Assembly (NCBI GenBank): GCA_052327205.1
Contig: CM126210.1
Location: forward strand, 9,858,001-9,922,000
Length of the DNA stretch: 64,000 bases
Reading direction: 5' to 3'
Origin: Somniosus microcephalus
Taxonomy: Eukaryota
The notes under the pieces were generated by a model. It saw only the letters and a program-made list of their open reading frames with translations. It had not been told where the DNA came from and ran no database searches. Shown here one piece after another: positions 25,601 to 37,480 of this stretch. The translations under genes were made by a program, and so were the position numbers. Each line of letters starts with the position of its first letter. Within the stretch, counting starts at the first letter, position 1.

Positions 25601-26331
25601 GCCTCCTCCACTTGAGCCCAAGCAGCCTTCATATTCGCAGCATTGTCAGTAACTACTGCAAAGACCTTTTGTGATCCAAGATCGTCGATGACTGCTTTCA
25701 GCTCATCAGCAATGTATGTGCCTGTGCGTCTGTTGTCCTTCGTGTCTGTGCTCTTGAAGAACACTGGGAGAGGAGTGGAGACGATGTAGTTTATGATGCC
25801 CTCCCCTCGTACATTTGACCACCCATCTGGGATAACTGCAACACAGTCTGCCATCTCTTATCGTTTCTTTGAGCTTTCCTTGGACTCCGTTATACTATAA
25901 GTAGACAAAGCATGTCTGGTGGGAGGACAGTATGCAGGGCGAATAACATTGAAAAATCTCTTCCAGTACACATTGGCTGTGAGCATGAGGGGTGAGCCTG
26001 TCGCATATACAGCTCGAGCAAGGCACTCATCTGCATTCTTCTGGCTATGGTTATCCATTATATCAAAGAAGCTTCCAAGTGGGCCAGGAGTTGCTAATGA
26101 TAAGGAGCCTGATGCTGAATGTGAACCATCATCTTCTTGAATGGAAGCAGAGGAACTCTGGGCTGACTGCTGTGAGCTTTGAGTGAAGTTGTTGCATTTG
26201 GATAAATGGTGCTGCATCTTTGTGGCATTCTTTACATATGGTTTTGTACAGTGTTTGCACATGTACACAGTCTTTCCATCATTAATGCCTGGGGTAAAAT
26301 GCTTCCACACATCCGACGGTAAACGTGGCAT
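22629..26331 (-). pseudogene. hAT transposase (zf-BED, DUF659, C-terminal dimerisation domain), frameshifted
   Basis: DVWKHF..CKHC..NATKMQHHLSKC (BED finger), DGWSNVRGE, VVTDNAANM, GCAAHGLNLL, NTRW, AAAYMLDPK and IPPLSAASE. Confidence 0.88.
23615..25525 (-). mobile_element. Young 5'-truncated CR1 (RT) inserted in the hAT transposase
   Basis: ORFs 24479-25520 and 23705-24475 give an almost uninterrupted RT (KSPGPD, NYRPVSLTS, FADDTKL). Host 'ctca' is duplicated at 23611-23614 and 25526-25529. Confidence 0.93.
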
Positions 26332-26897
26332 TGTTCTATGCAGAGAAATAAAGGGCATTCATTTCTGTGTCGAACTGCGGTCGATCAGCACGATTGCAAC
26401 AGGGTGAGTAAATTTTTCCTGATGCTCCATGTGATAGAAGCATGACCTGTGCACGCACGATGCTACATCACCAACAGAGGGAGCTAATCGCTCATCCACT
26501 TATCCAACCAATCAGGACACATTTGTTCACAGTCACACACAAAACTTGTAATTATTAAAACAAGCCAAGTAAGATAAACATATATTGATTAAGAAATTAC
26601 TTAATTATTAAGATTCCATCTCGGTTAGTAATTTTATGAGAGGACCTGTGGAAAAAAATGAAAGAAATACAAAAAAAACACAATATTATGCTAGCGTGTG
26701 CTTTTTTGGGCGAAATTCCCAAGCTAAACTTCCCGTGGAAAATTTCCGGAAATTTCCCAGAAACTTTCCACTCCTTCGCAACCCTACTTCGGAGCCAGCA
26801 GCGAACGCCTTCATTTCACTGCTGACCGCAAATTCCGGGCCATTGTCGCTTAAACCTTGTCACCTGCGATAGGCATGCTGCGTCGGGTAGTAACAGA

Positions 26898-27052
26898 CAA
26901 CGTTCCCTTTAAGCTGCACAGCTATCTCGAGGTCCCACGCAGCAAGTGAGCCAGCTTCACAATGCAAAAAAACGCACATGCGGGGAAGTTTGAATGGGCC
27001 GCACATTCCGTTAAAGGGGCCGCGTGGCCCAAAAGAAATTAGGGGGAACAAA
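26898..27052. mobile_element. Short hAT-type MITE
   Basis: Ends caacgttccctttaa / ttagggggaaca; a related fragment lies at about 37640-37692. Confidence 0.55.
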
Positions 27053-27059
27053 CAGGTAC

Positions 27060-28040
27060 TGGTGATCTGCTACCCATGGCCTTGGACCTCCCTGGTTCTC
27101 ATCTGCTGTTGCTCTTCCATCTCCTCCAAAATATCCTAAATGAGTCTTGTTGATGAATTCAATACTAAAGGCTGCTTTTCAAATTCTTATCCTTGTGCTA
27201 AAATCCCCCATGGCATCACCTCTCCCCATGTCTGTAACCTCATTTGATCAAATGTATACCTGGCATAACTAAAATGTATACCTACCATTTTAAATCCCTT
27301 CAACCAACATTTCCAATTAAGAGTGGCTATTAAACGCTATGTAGATTGTAAATATATGCCAGTAGAAGACTTCTGTACTTTCAATATATTTGTTTCTCTT
27401 CCCCCGTCAAAACAATTCCTGTTCAGTTTTTTTCAATGTCCCACAGGGCTCTTCATTGTAAGTTTCCATTTTCAGAAACTGAAGCAGGATGGAAGTCTTC
27501 AAATCTTCTCTGTGGCCCCTACATGAGAATTGCTTTTAAACATGAAGTGTTTGGGGACTCTTTCTCATTTACAACTACACAATAGGGCAGAAGTTGCTAG
27601 GCTCTGCTACCAGCACAGGGCCTTACTAGATGCAAGCGGGTGCAGAGATCACCGGCCTATACTTGTGTCTATTGAAACTCTGTGCTGGCAGCGGAACTAC
27701 AGGAAACTTTGTGCTATCCGGCACCGACGGGACCGAGCTGTTGCCGTCCCATCAAAACTGCCGGACAAACCAGCGCTACAGCTCCCTTTGAACTCGGATC
27801 CTCAGACTCCAGCCTCTGTGCATCTCAGTTTGCCGCATCATTCCTTTAGCCGCTGTCTGCTAGTCTCTCCCTAAACCCCACCATCTCTCCTCCTCCAAGA
27901 CCCTCCTTAAAACCCACCTCTAATCAAAGTTTTGGTCCCTCCTCCTAATCTCTGCTTCTGGCTCGGCATCTTTTTTATTTTTCTCATGACTCTGAAGCAC
28001 CTTGGGACATTTTTCCACGTTAAATCTGCTATATAAATGT
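27060..28040 (+). mobile_element. L2 3' relic split by an inverted duplicated segment
   Basis: 'tcaaattcttatccttgtg..catggc..tgtaacctc' resumes after 27778 and ends 'ccttaaaacccacctc..gaagcaccttgggac..gctatataaatg'. Confidence 0.65.
27243..27778 (+). repeat. Inverted duplication arm (copy of 31195-31732)
   Basis: Reverse-complement match over about 536 bp, with about 9 substitutions and one 2-bp indel counted by eye. Confidence 0.95.
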
Positions 28041-28075
28041 AAGGAATAAGGAGGCCACCAACTCTTTGGAAACAA

Positions 28076-28635
28076 AGGCCAGTATTTTCCGATGCCTACG
28101 GGTGCGTACGAGCTGTGTACACACCCGTAGGGACATCGGAAATGCTGGTTTCAGGCATCCTCTTGACAGATCGCAAGCCTGCCCTGGAGAAGGGCCTCTG
28201 TGGGTGGAGAGTTCCGCTTTCTGCAGAACCTCTGCCTGCTGAAGTCACTTAAAAATCTTACTCCTGGTAAAAAAAAAAATCACTTATTTATAATTTTAAA
28301 AAAGCCCCGTAAAAAACTAATTTTTTTTACAAAAACTTAAATTGTTTAAAATATTTAATTTAATGTAATTTTAACTCATTTTAAAAACATGATGGTTTTT
28401 TAAAAAATGTATTTAATGTTTGTGTCTTTTTTCAGTGATCCCTATTCATACTTTTGACAGGTCTATCTGTCAAAAGTATGAGGGGAGATTCCCTTCTTTC
28501 ATTGGTTTGCCTGACCCACGTGATCCCAGGGACACTTGCGAACTGCATGCGCCCCTGGGGTATGTGGGTCCTGCGCATTTCGACTGTGGAGAGGCCCAGG
28601 ATCGGAAGTGTCCGGACCTCGGGAGCCCTCAGGTA
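28076..28635. mobile_element. Harbinger-type MITE (family B), partial, followed by a Tigger-like MITE end (about 28640-28738)
   Basis: Homologous to 42115-44300 (ttgacagatc.., AT-rich core, ttcatacttttgacag..ctgtcaaaagt, cacgtgatcccagggac). Confidence 0.65.
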
Positions 28636-28744
28636 AATACGGAGATAACTCTCAACATTAACTCTGGAGAGTACGGCAGTTTTGAGGCAACGGCAGCAGC
28701 TCGGTCCCGTGGGTGCCAGATAGCACAAAGTTTCCTGCACTGGG

Positions 28745-29660
28745 GTTCATTCCTAGAGGAATAAAATTCAAAAGCAGAGAAGTGATGTTAAACTTGTACA
28801 GAACATTCATTAGGCCACAAGAGTAATGTGCCCAGTTTTGGTTTCCATGTTACAAAAAGAATATAGAAGCACTGGAGAAAATACAACAAAGATTTACAAG
28901 GATTAGACCAGAACTGAGAGAGTACAACTATTCAGAAAGGCTGAACAGGCTGGGGCTCTTTTATCTAGAAAAAAAGAGCGAGAGTTGACCTGATAGAGGT
29001 CTTTAAAATGACGAAGGGGTTATTCCTGTTTGTCCTGTTTGTATTCCACTGTGTACATGCCTGGACATGCCTCGGCTGACTCCTCCCACAGGTCCTAGTA
29101 TAAAGGTGACTGCTCCCCAGCCCTTTGTATCCTGGACCGGTCGACCACGCGAGGCAGACCTCCATTCTGTTGTTAATAAAAGCCTTTAGTTACTCTTCTA
29201 ACTCTCAGTCTTTTATGAGTAATTGATAGCGCATCAGACCAGAACTGAGAGAGTACAACTATTCAGAAAGGCTGAACAGGCTGGGGCTCTTTTATCTAGA
29301 AAAAAAGAGCGAGAGTTGACCTGATAGAGGTCTTTAAAATGACGAAGGGGTTTGATAGGGTAGAAGTAGAGAAGATGTTCCCACTTGTGGGAGAGTCCAA
29401 AACTAGGGTCCATAAATATAAGGTAAGTCACTAATAAATCCAATAGGGAATTCAGGATAAACTTCTTTACCCAGAGAGTGGTTAGAATGTAGAACTCGCT
29501 TCCAGAGTGGTTGAGGCGATTAGCATAGATGTAATTTATGGGAAGCTAGATAAGTACATGAGGAAGAAAGGAATAGAAGGATACATTGATAGGGTGAGAT
29601 GAAGTACGGTGGGAGGAGGCTCATGTGGAGCATAAATACTGGCATAGACCAGTTGTGACA
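28745..29660 (+). mobile_element. Old CR1 3' fragment hosting an LTR-like insert
   Basis: CR1 C-terminal motifs (ttaggccaca.., ttctttacccagagagtggttagaat). Confidence 0.75.
29019..29236 (+). mobile_element. Solo LTR-like insert (about 218 bp) flanked by a 116-bp perfect direct duplication
   Basis: TATAAAG at about 29098, AATAAA at about 29175, and a terminus ..gcgcatCA. 28906-29021 is identical to 29237-29352. Confidence 0.7.
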
Positions 29661-30957
29661 TAGAATTTTACAGCACAGAAACAGGCGATGTAATTCTAAG
29701 ATACTGTATTGTTGACAAGCAAAAAGAGCATTAATGTCAGGTCAATAATTTTAAACTGGTTTAGTCCTGGAAGTAATTTTAGAATGGTAGACAAAAAATC
29801 AACAACCACTTAATACTCATAAAATTACTAAACGTTAATGCACTCAGCACCTGATGAATTTCACCACTGAGTAACTTCAAAGCTTCTCTGCAAGACACAA
29901 CTATAGGTCAGACTTGCAGTTTAAATGATGTATACTGCAACAGCACAATCATACATCTTGCCAGTGTTTCTATAAAAAAAAGTTCATTTGTCCTATCATC
30001 ATTTTCATTTCAGCCTCCCTGGGCATCATCATGGCATTCCTATCAGGTACAGACCAGTAGGGAGTATACAGTGGAAAATAACTCCATCGTCCAAACAGTA
30101 TTGATGAAAAGGGAAATCTGAACATTGCAGCATTAACATCTTTTCAGTTGATAATAGTACATTACTGGTTCCAAGAATGGCATCAACTCAATATACTGTA
30201 GGTAAAATGAAGTAGTGCATATTTTCATAACGGCTAGATGGTGCTTTTTAAAAAAACTTCTGCCTTGTAAGGCACTTGAACGGCCACATATACTTTAATC
30301 CCTGATGGAAGCATGGGGGGAAATAAAATGTAGAGCAAACCCATTAACTGAATGCAAAAATGCAATGCTAAAAAAAAAATAGTTGCTCATTACAGAACTT
30401 CTGGTTTGTCCTTTATATACAAAGAACTGATTAGCAGATGGAACGTTTGAACATTTTCAGACATCTCCAATTACAAAGCCATTAACTGTAAAAGTAGTCT
30501 CTAAAGAACTGTACAAGCTATTTTATTCACAATGCAAAGTATTCATCCCCTTTTAACACACTTAGACATAAGCTAAGAATGTCACTTCATCTCATTTTTT
30601 CTAAGGTGTGGCTGACTGGACCAGCTGTCACTGGTCAACAACAGGCTGGCAGCCAGCTGTCTGAACACAGTAGCGGCCCTGTTTCCATAAGGTCAGTTTT
30701 CATGAATGTATCTTCTTCGCAATTTACTAGTGAACAGCTGCCCTTTGAGTGGAAATGTGAACCAAACTCTACTGCTGGTGTTGGCTTGAAACAGATGGTT
30801 AATCTTTTAAAGGAGCACCATCTTCATGAAAATGTATTTACCTAATCTTTGGAGATGAAGAAATGCAGACCGTTTTTGTCACATGCAAGAGATACAATAA
30901 GAAATATAATTTATTTCTATATGATTTATATTGACATATTAGGGCAGAAATTTAATA

Positions 30958-31273
30958 CAGGAAACTTTGATTTATCCGGAGGTTAACTGTCCGGAATGCT
31001 CGAGCCAGCGGCAAAAATCAGGAGCTGTTTCGTTGCTTTTTTCCCCCCACCAGTCAGGCTCTGCAAGGTCTCGCTGAAGCTGTTGCTAAGCTACAGAGAC
31101 ACTTGCAAGGTACGGCTGACTGTTTAGAAGCTGTTGCTAAGCAACAGGGTTTGTTGCCAGATATGGAGCTCAAAATCTCCGTATGTTTCAACATTAGCGC
31201 TGGTTTGTCCGGCAGTTTTGATGGGACGGCAATAGCTCGGTCCCGTCGGTGCCGGATAGCACAAAGTTACCTG
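30958..31273. mobile_element. Tigger-like MITE, copy 2, nested in a small Harbinger-type MITE (about 30941-31389)
   Basis: TA|CAGGAAACTTTG..CAAAGTTACCTG|TA; the host element has ends agggcagaa / ttctgccct. Confidence 0.85.
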
Positions 31274-31732
31274 TAGTTCCGCTGCCAGCACAGAGTTTCA
31301 ATAGACACAAGTATAGGCCGGTGATCTCTGCACCCGCTTGCATCTAGTAAGGCCCTGTGCTGGTAGCAGAGCCTAGCAGCTTCTGCCCTATTGTGTAGTT
31401 GTAAATGAGAAAAAGAGTCCCCAAACACTTCATGTTTAAAAGCAATTCTCATGTAGGGGCCACAGAGAAGATTTGAAGACTTCCATCCTGCTTCAGTTTC
31501 TGAAAATGGAAACTTACAATGAAGAGCCCTGTGGGACATTGAAAAAAACTGAACAGGAATTGTTTTGACAGGGGAAGAGAAACAAATATATTGAAAGTAC
31601 AGAGGTCTTCTACTGGCATAGATTTACAATCTACATAGCATTTAATAGCCACTCTTAATTGGAAATGTTGGTTGAAGGGATTTAAAATGATAGGTATCCA
31701 TTTTAGTTATGCCAGGTATACATTTGATCAAA
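31195..31732 (-). repeat. Inverted duplication arm (probable donor)
   Basis: Matches 27243-27778. Here the MITEs it overlaps are complete, whereas they are truncated in the other arm. Confidence 0.95.
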
Positions 31733-31784
31733 CAGCGTTCATAACTATGTGTAAATAATAATACTGCATTTGTTAGAAGAGGGT

Positions 31785-32790
31785 TGTGATTGTTGGAGGT
31801 CAATCATCTCAGCCCCAGGACATCGCTGCAGGAGTTCCTCAGGGCAGTTTCCTAGGCCCAACCATCTTCAGCTGCTTCATCAATGAACTTCCCTCCATCA
31901 TAAGTTCAGAAGTGGGGATGTTCGCTGATGATTGCAGAGTGTTCAGTGCCATTCGCAATGCCTCAGGTAATGAAGCAGTCCATGCCCGACTGCAGCAAGA
32001 CCTGGATGACATTCAGGCTTGGGCTGATAAGTGGCAAAGAACATTTGCGCCACACACTGACTATCTCCAACAAGTGAGAGTCTAATCACCAGCCCTTGAC
32101 ATTCAATGGCATTACTATCGCCAAATCCCCCACCATCGCCATTGACCAGAAACTTAACTGGACCAGCCGCATAAATACTGTGGCAACAAGAGCAGGTCAG
32201 AGGCTGGGTATTCTGGGGCAAGTGACTCACCTCCTGACTCCCCAAAGCCTTTCCACCATCAACAAGGCACAAGTCAGCAGTGTGATGGAATACTCTCCAT
32301 CTGCCTGGATGAGTGCAGCTCCAACAACACTCAAGAAGCTCAACACCAGCCAGGACAAAGTAGCCTGCTTGATTGGCACCCCACCCACCACCTTAAACAT
32401 TCACTCCCTCCACCACTGGTGCACCATGGCTGCAGTGTACCATCTACAAGATGCACTGCATCAACTCACCAAAGCTTCGACAGCACCTCCAAAACCCATG
32501 ACTTCTACCACCTAGAAGGACAAGGGCAGCAGGCGCATGGGAACACCACCACCTGCAAGTTCCCCTCCAAGTGACACACCACCCTGACTTGGAAATGTAT
32601 CGCCGTTCCTTCATCGTCGCTGGATGAAAATCGTGGAACTCCCTCCCTAACAGTATTATGGGAGTATCTTCACCACAGGGACTGCAGAGGTTCAAGAAGG
32701 CAGCTCACCGCCACCTTCTCAAGGGCAATTAGGGACGGGCAATAAATGCTGGCCTGCCAGCAACGCCCACACCCCAGGAACGAGTAAAAA
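31785..32790 (+). mobile_element. CR1-clade LINE 3' fragment (second lineage)
   Basis: GVPQGSFLGPTIFSCFIN, MFADDC and VMEYSPSAW, with tail caataaatgctggcc..cccacacccc. Same family as 62968-63730 and the pieces at 41395-44350. Confidence 0.85.
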
Positions 32791-33723
32791 AAATACGGTT
32801 CTTACCTACTCAGAATTAGATTAGGTGCTCCATTATTCGAATTGTGCCAATAAAGTAGAAAACCCCAGTAAAAAAGTTTCTATAAATCAGAAGGTTTTTT
32901 TTTTTTTTTTTAAATTGTAATCTGTTGAGAAATAATCGCCACACAAAAACTTTGCCCTTAAACCAATATATTCAATCTATAGTGTGCCTATTTCTGGTGT
33001 TTACTGTGCTTAATTTCTGGGTTCAAAAACTCTTCGGAAAAGACACTTGACACATGAAAAGAGCTGTGTGTCTGGCCAGTAAATTTTTAATCAGAAAATG
33101 CTGGAAACACTCAACGGGTCAGTCGGCAGTCACCAACGAATACAATTTTCTCGTTGCCCCTCCCCATATGCTGTGCAACAGGCTCCTGTGCCTGTTTGTA
33201 CCAGACGTAAAACTTTTCAGGGTAATTAATGTGCAGTAGGTGGGCAATTAGCCCAACTTTTCGCCAGCACGTTGATTTGAATGGGTAGGTGAAACATGCA
33301 GCGAAGCTGATGCGCAGTCGGAATTTGACAGATCGCAAGTTCAGGATTTAGCTCATGCTAACTTGCAGTCAATTTCAAAGGCGGTATAACGGCGTACTCA
33401 GAGTATGCAGTCACACCGACTGTGAATTCGGGGCCAAAATGTTCAGACCGCTTACAGGAGCAACTGACACTAGTGTACCCAAGGAAATATCTACGACAGA
33501 GACAAACTTGTAACAATCCAGTTATATAATAATCTATCAAGTTTTATAATTTAATCCTGATAATTTAAAATTATTTTTGGACAAAAAAGTTGAAATCATC
33601 CAATAATTTGAATTATGCAATGTAGCTAACCTAACAGGAATTTAGGCCAAGTTGTTTTTTTGAATCAAGCAATTTCGAATTAAGAAAATGCATTTAGTTT
33701 CTTCACATTTATTGAGTCTCATT

Positions 33724-34414
33724 GGGCCATTATTGGCTGCCAAAATAATGGAAATCCAAAAGATGCTGTCCGAGATGCGCCACTCTGCCGTTAGTTTCGC
33801 GAATACGGCATCTTGCTGTCTGGCTCACCATTGAAACGCATTGCATGCCGTGAAATTGCTGTATTTGCACAGTAGATACGAACTAAACTTGCCACAAAAA
33901 GTCAAGTCTTGTCCATTTCAGTCCATGTGCCCTTTAAATGACATGATAAGTGTTAATTACTACCAAACAAGCTCTCTGGCACTGAAAATTAACTATTACA
34001 AGTGTGGAGAATCATTCCTTCGGGTTTTAATTGTTGGAGATTTTAAAAATGTGAAATTTAAAATTAAAAAAATGTTCTTAAACTTTTCCTTGTGTTTCTT
34101 TTTTCTCGCTTTCTTTCCCTCTATTTCTCTTCCTGTACCTGATTTGGCATTGAATTCACCCACTCTTATTTACATTTCCTTCTCAGTCCTTGCACTGTTA
34201 ATTTCAGAATCCTTCAATCTGATTGGTTAATGAGATACGCAGTTGCTTGCCCTGTTCACTCAGGTCCCAAATGCCCAGTTTCTCGCGCTGCAACATTATC
34301 ACCTTGCACTTTTGTGAACTTGCCACGCAAAAAATTTAAAAACCTAAACGTGCTAGGGCAAGTCCAAATAATGGCAGACACTGTTAGATTTACTCCTGCA
34401 GCAAATTATGGCCC
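33724..34414. mobile_element. Harbinger-type MITE (family C)
   Basis: Ends gggccattattggctgc / gcagcaaattatggccc; related in reverse orientation to 38813-39448. Confidence 0.65.
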
Positions 34415-35235
34415 ATAAGGAATTGTCCGTTCTCTTATTGAACTTTTACAGCGTAAAGCACAGCACTTTAAACAAATCCATTTCTTCTATGATCTCCAAA
34501 ACAGATAGAGGATTCTTCTATGTTTGCCAGGCTAGGTTTACAATACTGAGCAGTCTAATCAAACAAATGAAGGGCAGAAATAGAACTTCGTCCATTGTTA
34601 GCTCTCCCCACTGGTTCAGTGAGACATGCACCACTTGCTGTGGTATTCAACCTTACAGATTGAGCATTTGTCTATATATAGAGTTCACTAACCTCAGCCC
34701 TAGTAAAAGTGACTGCAGCACAATTGGCCTCAGAGAAAAAAAAATCAAGTCAGGGTTCCCACTCCTCATTGTTATCCAATGACCCTCATCATACATCGTA
34801 ACTTCCCATTCCGTTAAAAGCAGATAATCTGGATAAGCAAATGAGGATTAACATAAACCTAAGCAGGATACTGCAATGCAACCTTTATACTGCACCTTAG
34901 GTGCCAGTATCATGCTGAGATTTTTAGCTTCCCTATACCAAAAGGGAGAACAGGATTTCCAGTCTGGGTCGATAACATTGCAAGAGGGACAACCTCCAAG
35001 AAATGATCTTGCAATATTAGCAGTACAACTCCCATTTGTGCCAAGTCTGATATTTATTTACATCAAATATGTTAAGTCTAAAATAATCTACCAATACCAC
35101 CAATCTGTTTAAAATCAGGTTAAAAGCCGACTGCCCCATCAACTCACCCAATAGAAAACTCAGCAGCTGAACACTGGAAAGAAGCACTCTGCATGCACAC
35201 AGAACTTTGCAATACATCAAACTCCCCAATCACAT

Positions 35236-37480
35236 TGGACCGTAATTTGCGGACAGCAGTGAAGCAAAGGCGTTCGCCGCTGGCCCCGAAGAAAACTTCC
35301 CACAAATAGCTTGCGATCTCTGTGGCGAGAGGTTTGGCTTTTCCGGCGTTCAACTGAGATCAGTGCAGTGTAGTGGGAATTCCATCGCGCGAGCTGCTGT
35401 GATGTCAACAAGCTGTCTAAGCAGCCAATCAAAATGCAGACTTCTCACAAACTTGGAACCAGGATGTGAAGAAGCTCCTTTTATTCTGACTTTTTAAAAA
35501 TGTTAGTGAGCAAAGCAAAGATTGGGGCTCTCACATTGGGGAAAGATAAACCTGAAAATATGAACAAAGTTTGAAAAAAAATGTTTAAGTTTCTTAAAAA
35601 TTGTATTTTTAAAAAAAATTAAAAATGGAGAAATTTAACACTCCACAAAATTAAAATTAGTTTTTCAGGGTTATAACGTTTGTTTAGCAGTCAATTAAAG
35701 CCTGGAAAAGATCCCTCAGATCCTAAGAGTTTTCGGCCAATTTCACTGCTTTGCCACACCTGTTTGAACGCCTGATACTCAATAGGATAGCACCAACTGT
35801 AGATGAGAAGATCATTCCAGAGCAAGCAGATTTCCATCCCGGCAAATCAACAAGCCAACTGCTCAACCTCACACAACACATCGAAGATGGTTTTGAGCAA
35901 GGGATGGTAACAGGTGCTGTTTTTGTAGACCTGTCAGCAGCATACGATAGTGAACCATAGACGTCTCCTCTGCAAGATTCTAGAGATGACAAAAGAGATT
36001 CACTGAACAGAGCTGTTAGAAAGCATGCTTCAGAATCGCCGGTTCTATGTTGAACTAGGTGGGAAGCGCAGCAGGTGGCGTATTCAGAAGAATGGTCTTC
36101 CTCAGGGGAGTGTGCTTGCACCGCTGCTGTACAACATCTACACGAATGACCAACCTATAGACGGTGTTACACGCCGTTTTATATATGCTGATGACTTGTG
36201 TAACTGCCCAAAGCACTGATTTTAACACCGTGGAGAAAACGCTTTCTGAGGCCTTGGAGGGACTAAAATCCTACTATGAAGAAAACCACCTTCGCGCAAA
36301 CCCATCAAAGACGCAAGTTTGTGCATTCCACCTCAGAAACCGTGAAGCTAAACGCCAGCTGAAAGTAACCTGGTGTGGAGCAACACTGACGCATTGCGAG
36401 CACCCTATCTACTTAGGAGTCACCCTTGACCGATGCCTCACCTTCAAGAACCACACTGAATAAGCTCACTAACACAAGATGGGGAACAAGCCCGAAAACA
36501 TTGCGAACCAGTGCACTTGCTCTTTGCTATTCCACTGCCGAATACACCTGCCCTGCATGGGAAAGGTCTACTCATGCCAAGAAGATGGAGGCCGTTCTGA
36601 ATGCAAGCTGCCGATTTATCACAGGTTGCTTAAAACCAACAAACACCAACGGCCTATATATCCTGGCGGGTATCGCTCCCCCTGATATAAGAAGAACGGT
36701 AGCCAGCAAGAAAGAGCGACTCCGTCAAACATCAGATGAGACACCCTCTGCATTGTCATACACCTACACCCAGCCGCCTAAAGTCAAGAAAGAGCTTCAT
36801 GAACAGTGTTGTTCCATTACAATCAACCACATCTGAAGCCCGCATCGCCTTGTGGAAAGACCGGCTCGCCAGTTTTGAACGACCCCCAGCGATGGAAATT
36901 TTACTTGATGAAAGCCTTCCCCCAGGAGCTAATTGCAACTGGGCAACCTGGAAGTGCCTTAACAGACTTAGGACCGGTGTAGGTTGCTCAAAGGTGTCAC
37001 TAAGCAAATGGGGATATTCAACCAGCCCGACAACTTGTGAATGTGGAACTGAGGCACAGACTATGCAACATCTTCTGCAATGCCCATCGTTAGACGAACC
37101 CTGCACTGTTGCAGATCTTGCCGAATTCAACAACAAGGCACAAAAATGTGTCCAGTTCTGGCTGGGCTATGTATAGACTGTCCGTGGACACGATAAGAAG
37201 CAGTCAATACGCTGTTAAACCCCCAGTTATACCTAATCCAGCAAGGTCTAAGTTTTAATGACTGCAGAAAAGCTGACGTTTTTGTCAGTTTCACTGATTT
37301 CCCTGATTACTGGCTATTGGCGGGGGGCACAGCGCAGCCAGTGTCGGAGCAGTGAATGGCTGACCGCAACTTCAGGATTTCTGTGTTAGAATACGCATGC
37401 AGTAAATCCTGAAGTTGCAGTCAGTTTCAAAGGGGTAATAACAGTGAATGCTGTTATTACCCACCGAAAATTCCAGACCA
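35236..37480. mobile_element. Harbinger-type MITE (family D) hosting a Vingi-like LINE
   Basis: Reverse-complement homology to 46476-47987, with the internal palindrome gaccgcaacttcagg..cctgaagttgcagtc. Confidence 0.7.
35696..37198 (+). mobile_element. Vingi-like (Ingi/I-group) LINE, 5'-truncated
   Basis: KPGKDPSDPKSFRPISLL, AVFVDLSAAYD, NGLPQGSVLAPLLYNIYTND, FIYADDL and a C-terminal CECG..QTMQHLLQC finger; no RNase H seen. The 10-bp TSD agcagtcaat is at 35686-35695 and 37199-37208. Confidence 0.8.

Larger units (their letters stand above)
22352..26786 (-). mobile_element. hAT DNA transposon, interrupted by a CR1
   Basis: TIRs TAGGGTTGC(A/G)AA at both ends, subterminal ggaaa/ggaattt repeats, and an internal transposase. 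Confidence 0.88.

Noticed and set aside
27323-27874. Duplicated ORFs (also at 31267-31652) as a novel gene pair
   Set aside because: They are incidental frames in the inverted duplication, with no recognisable domain, and they run through MITE sequence.
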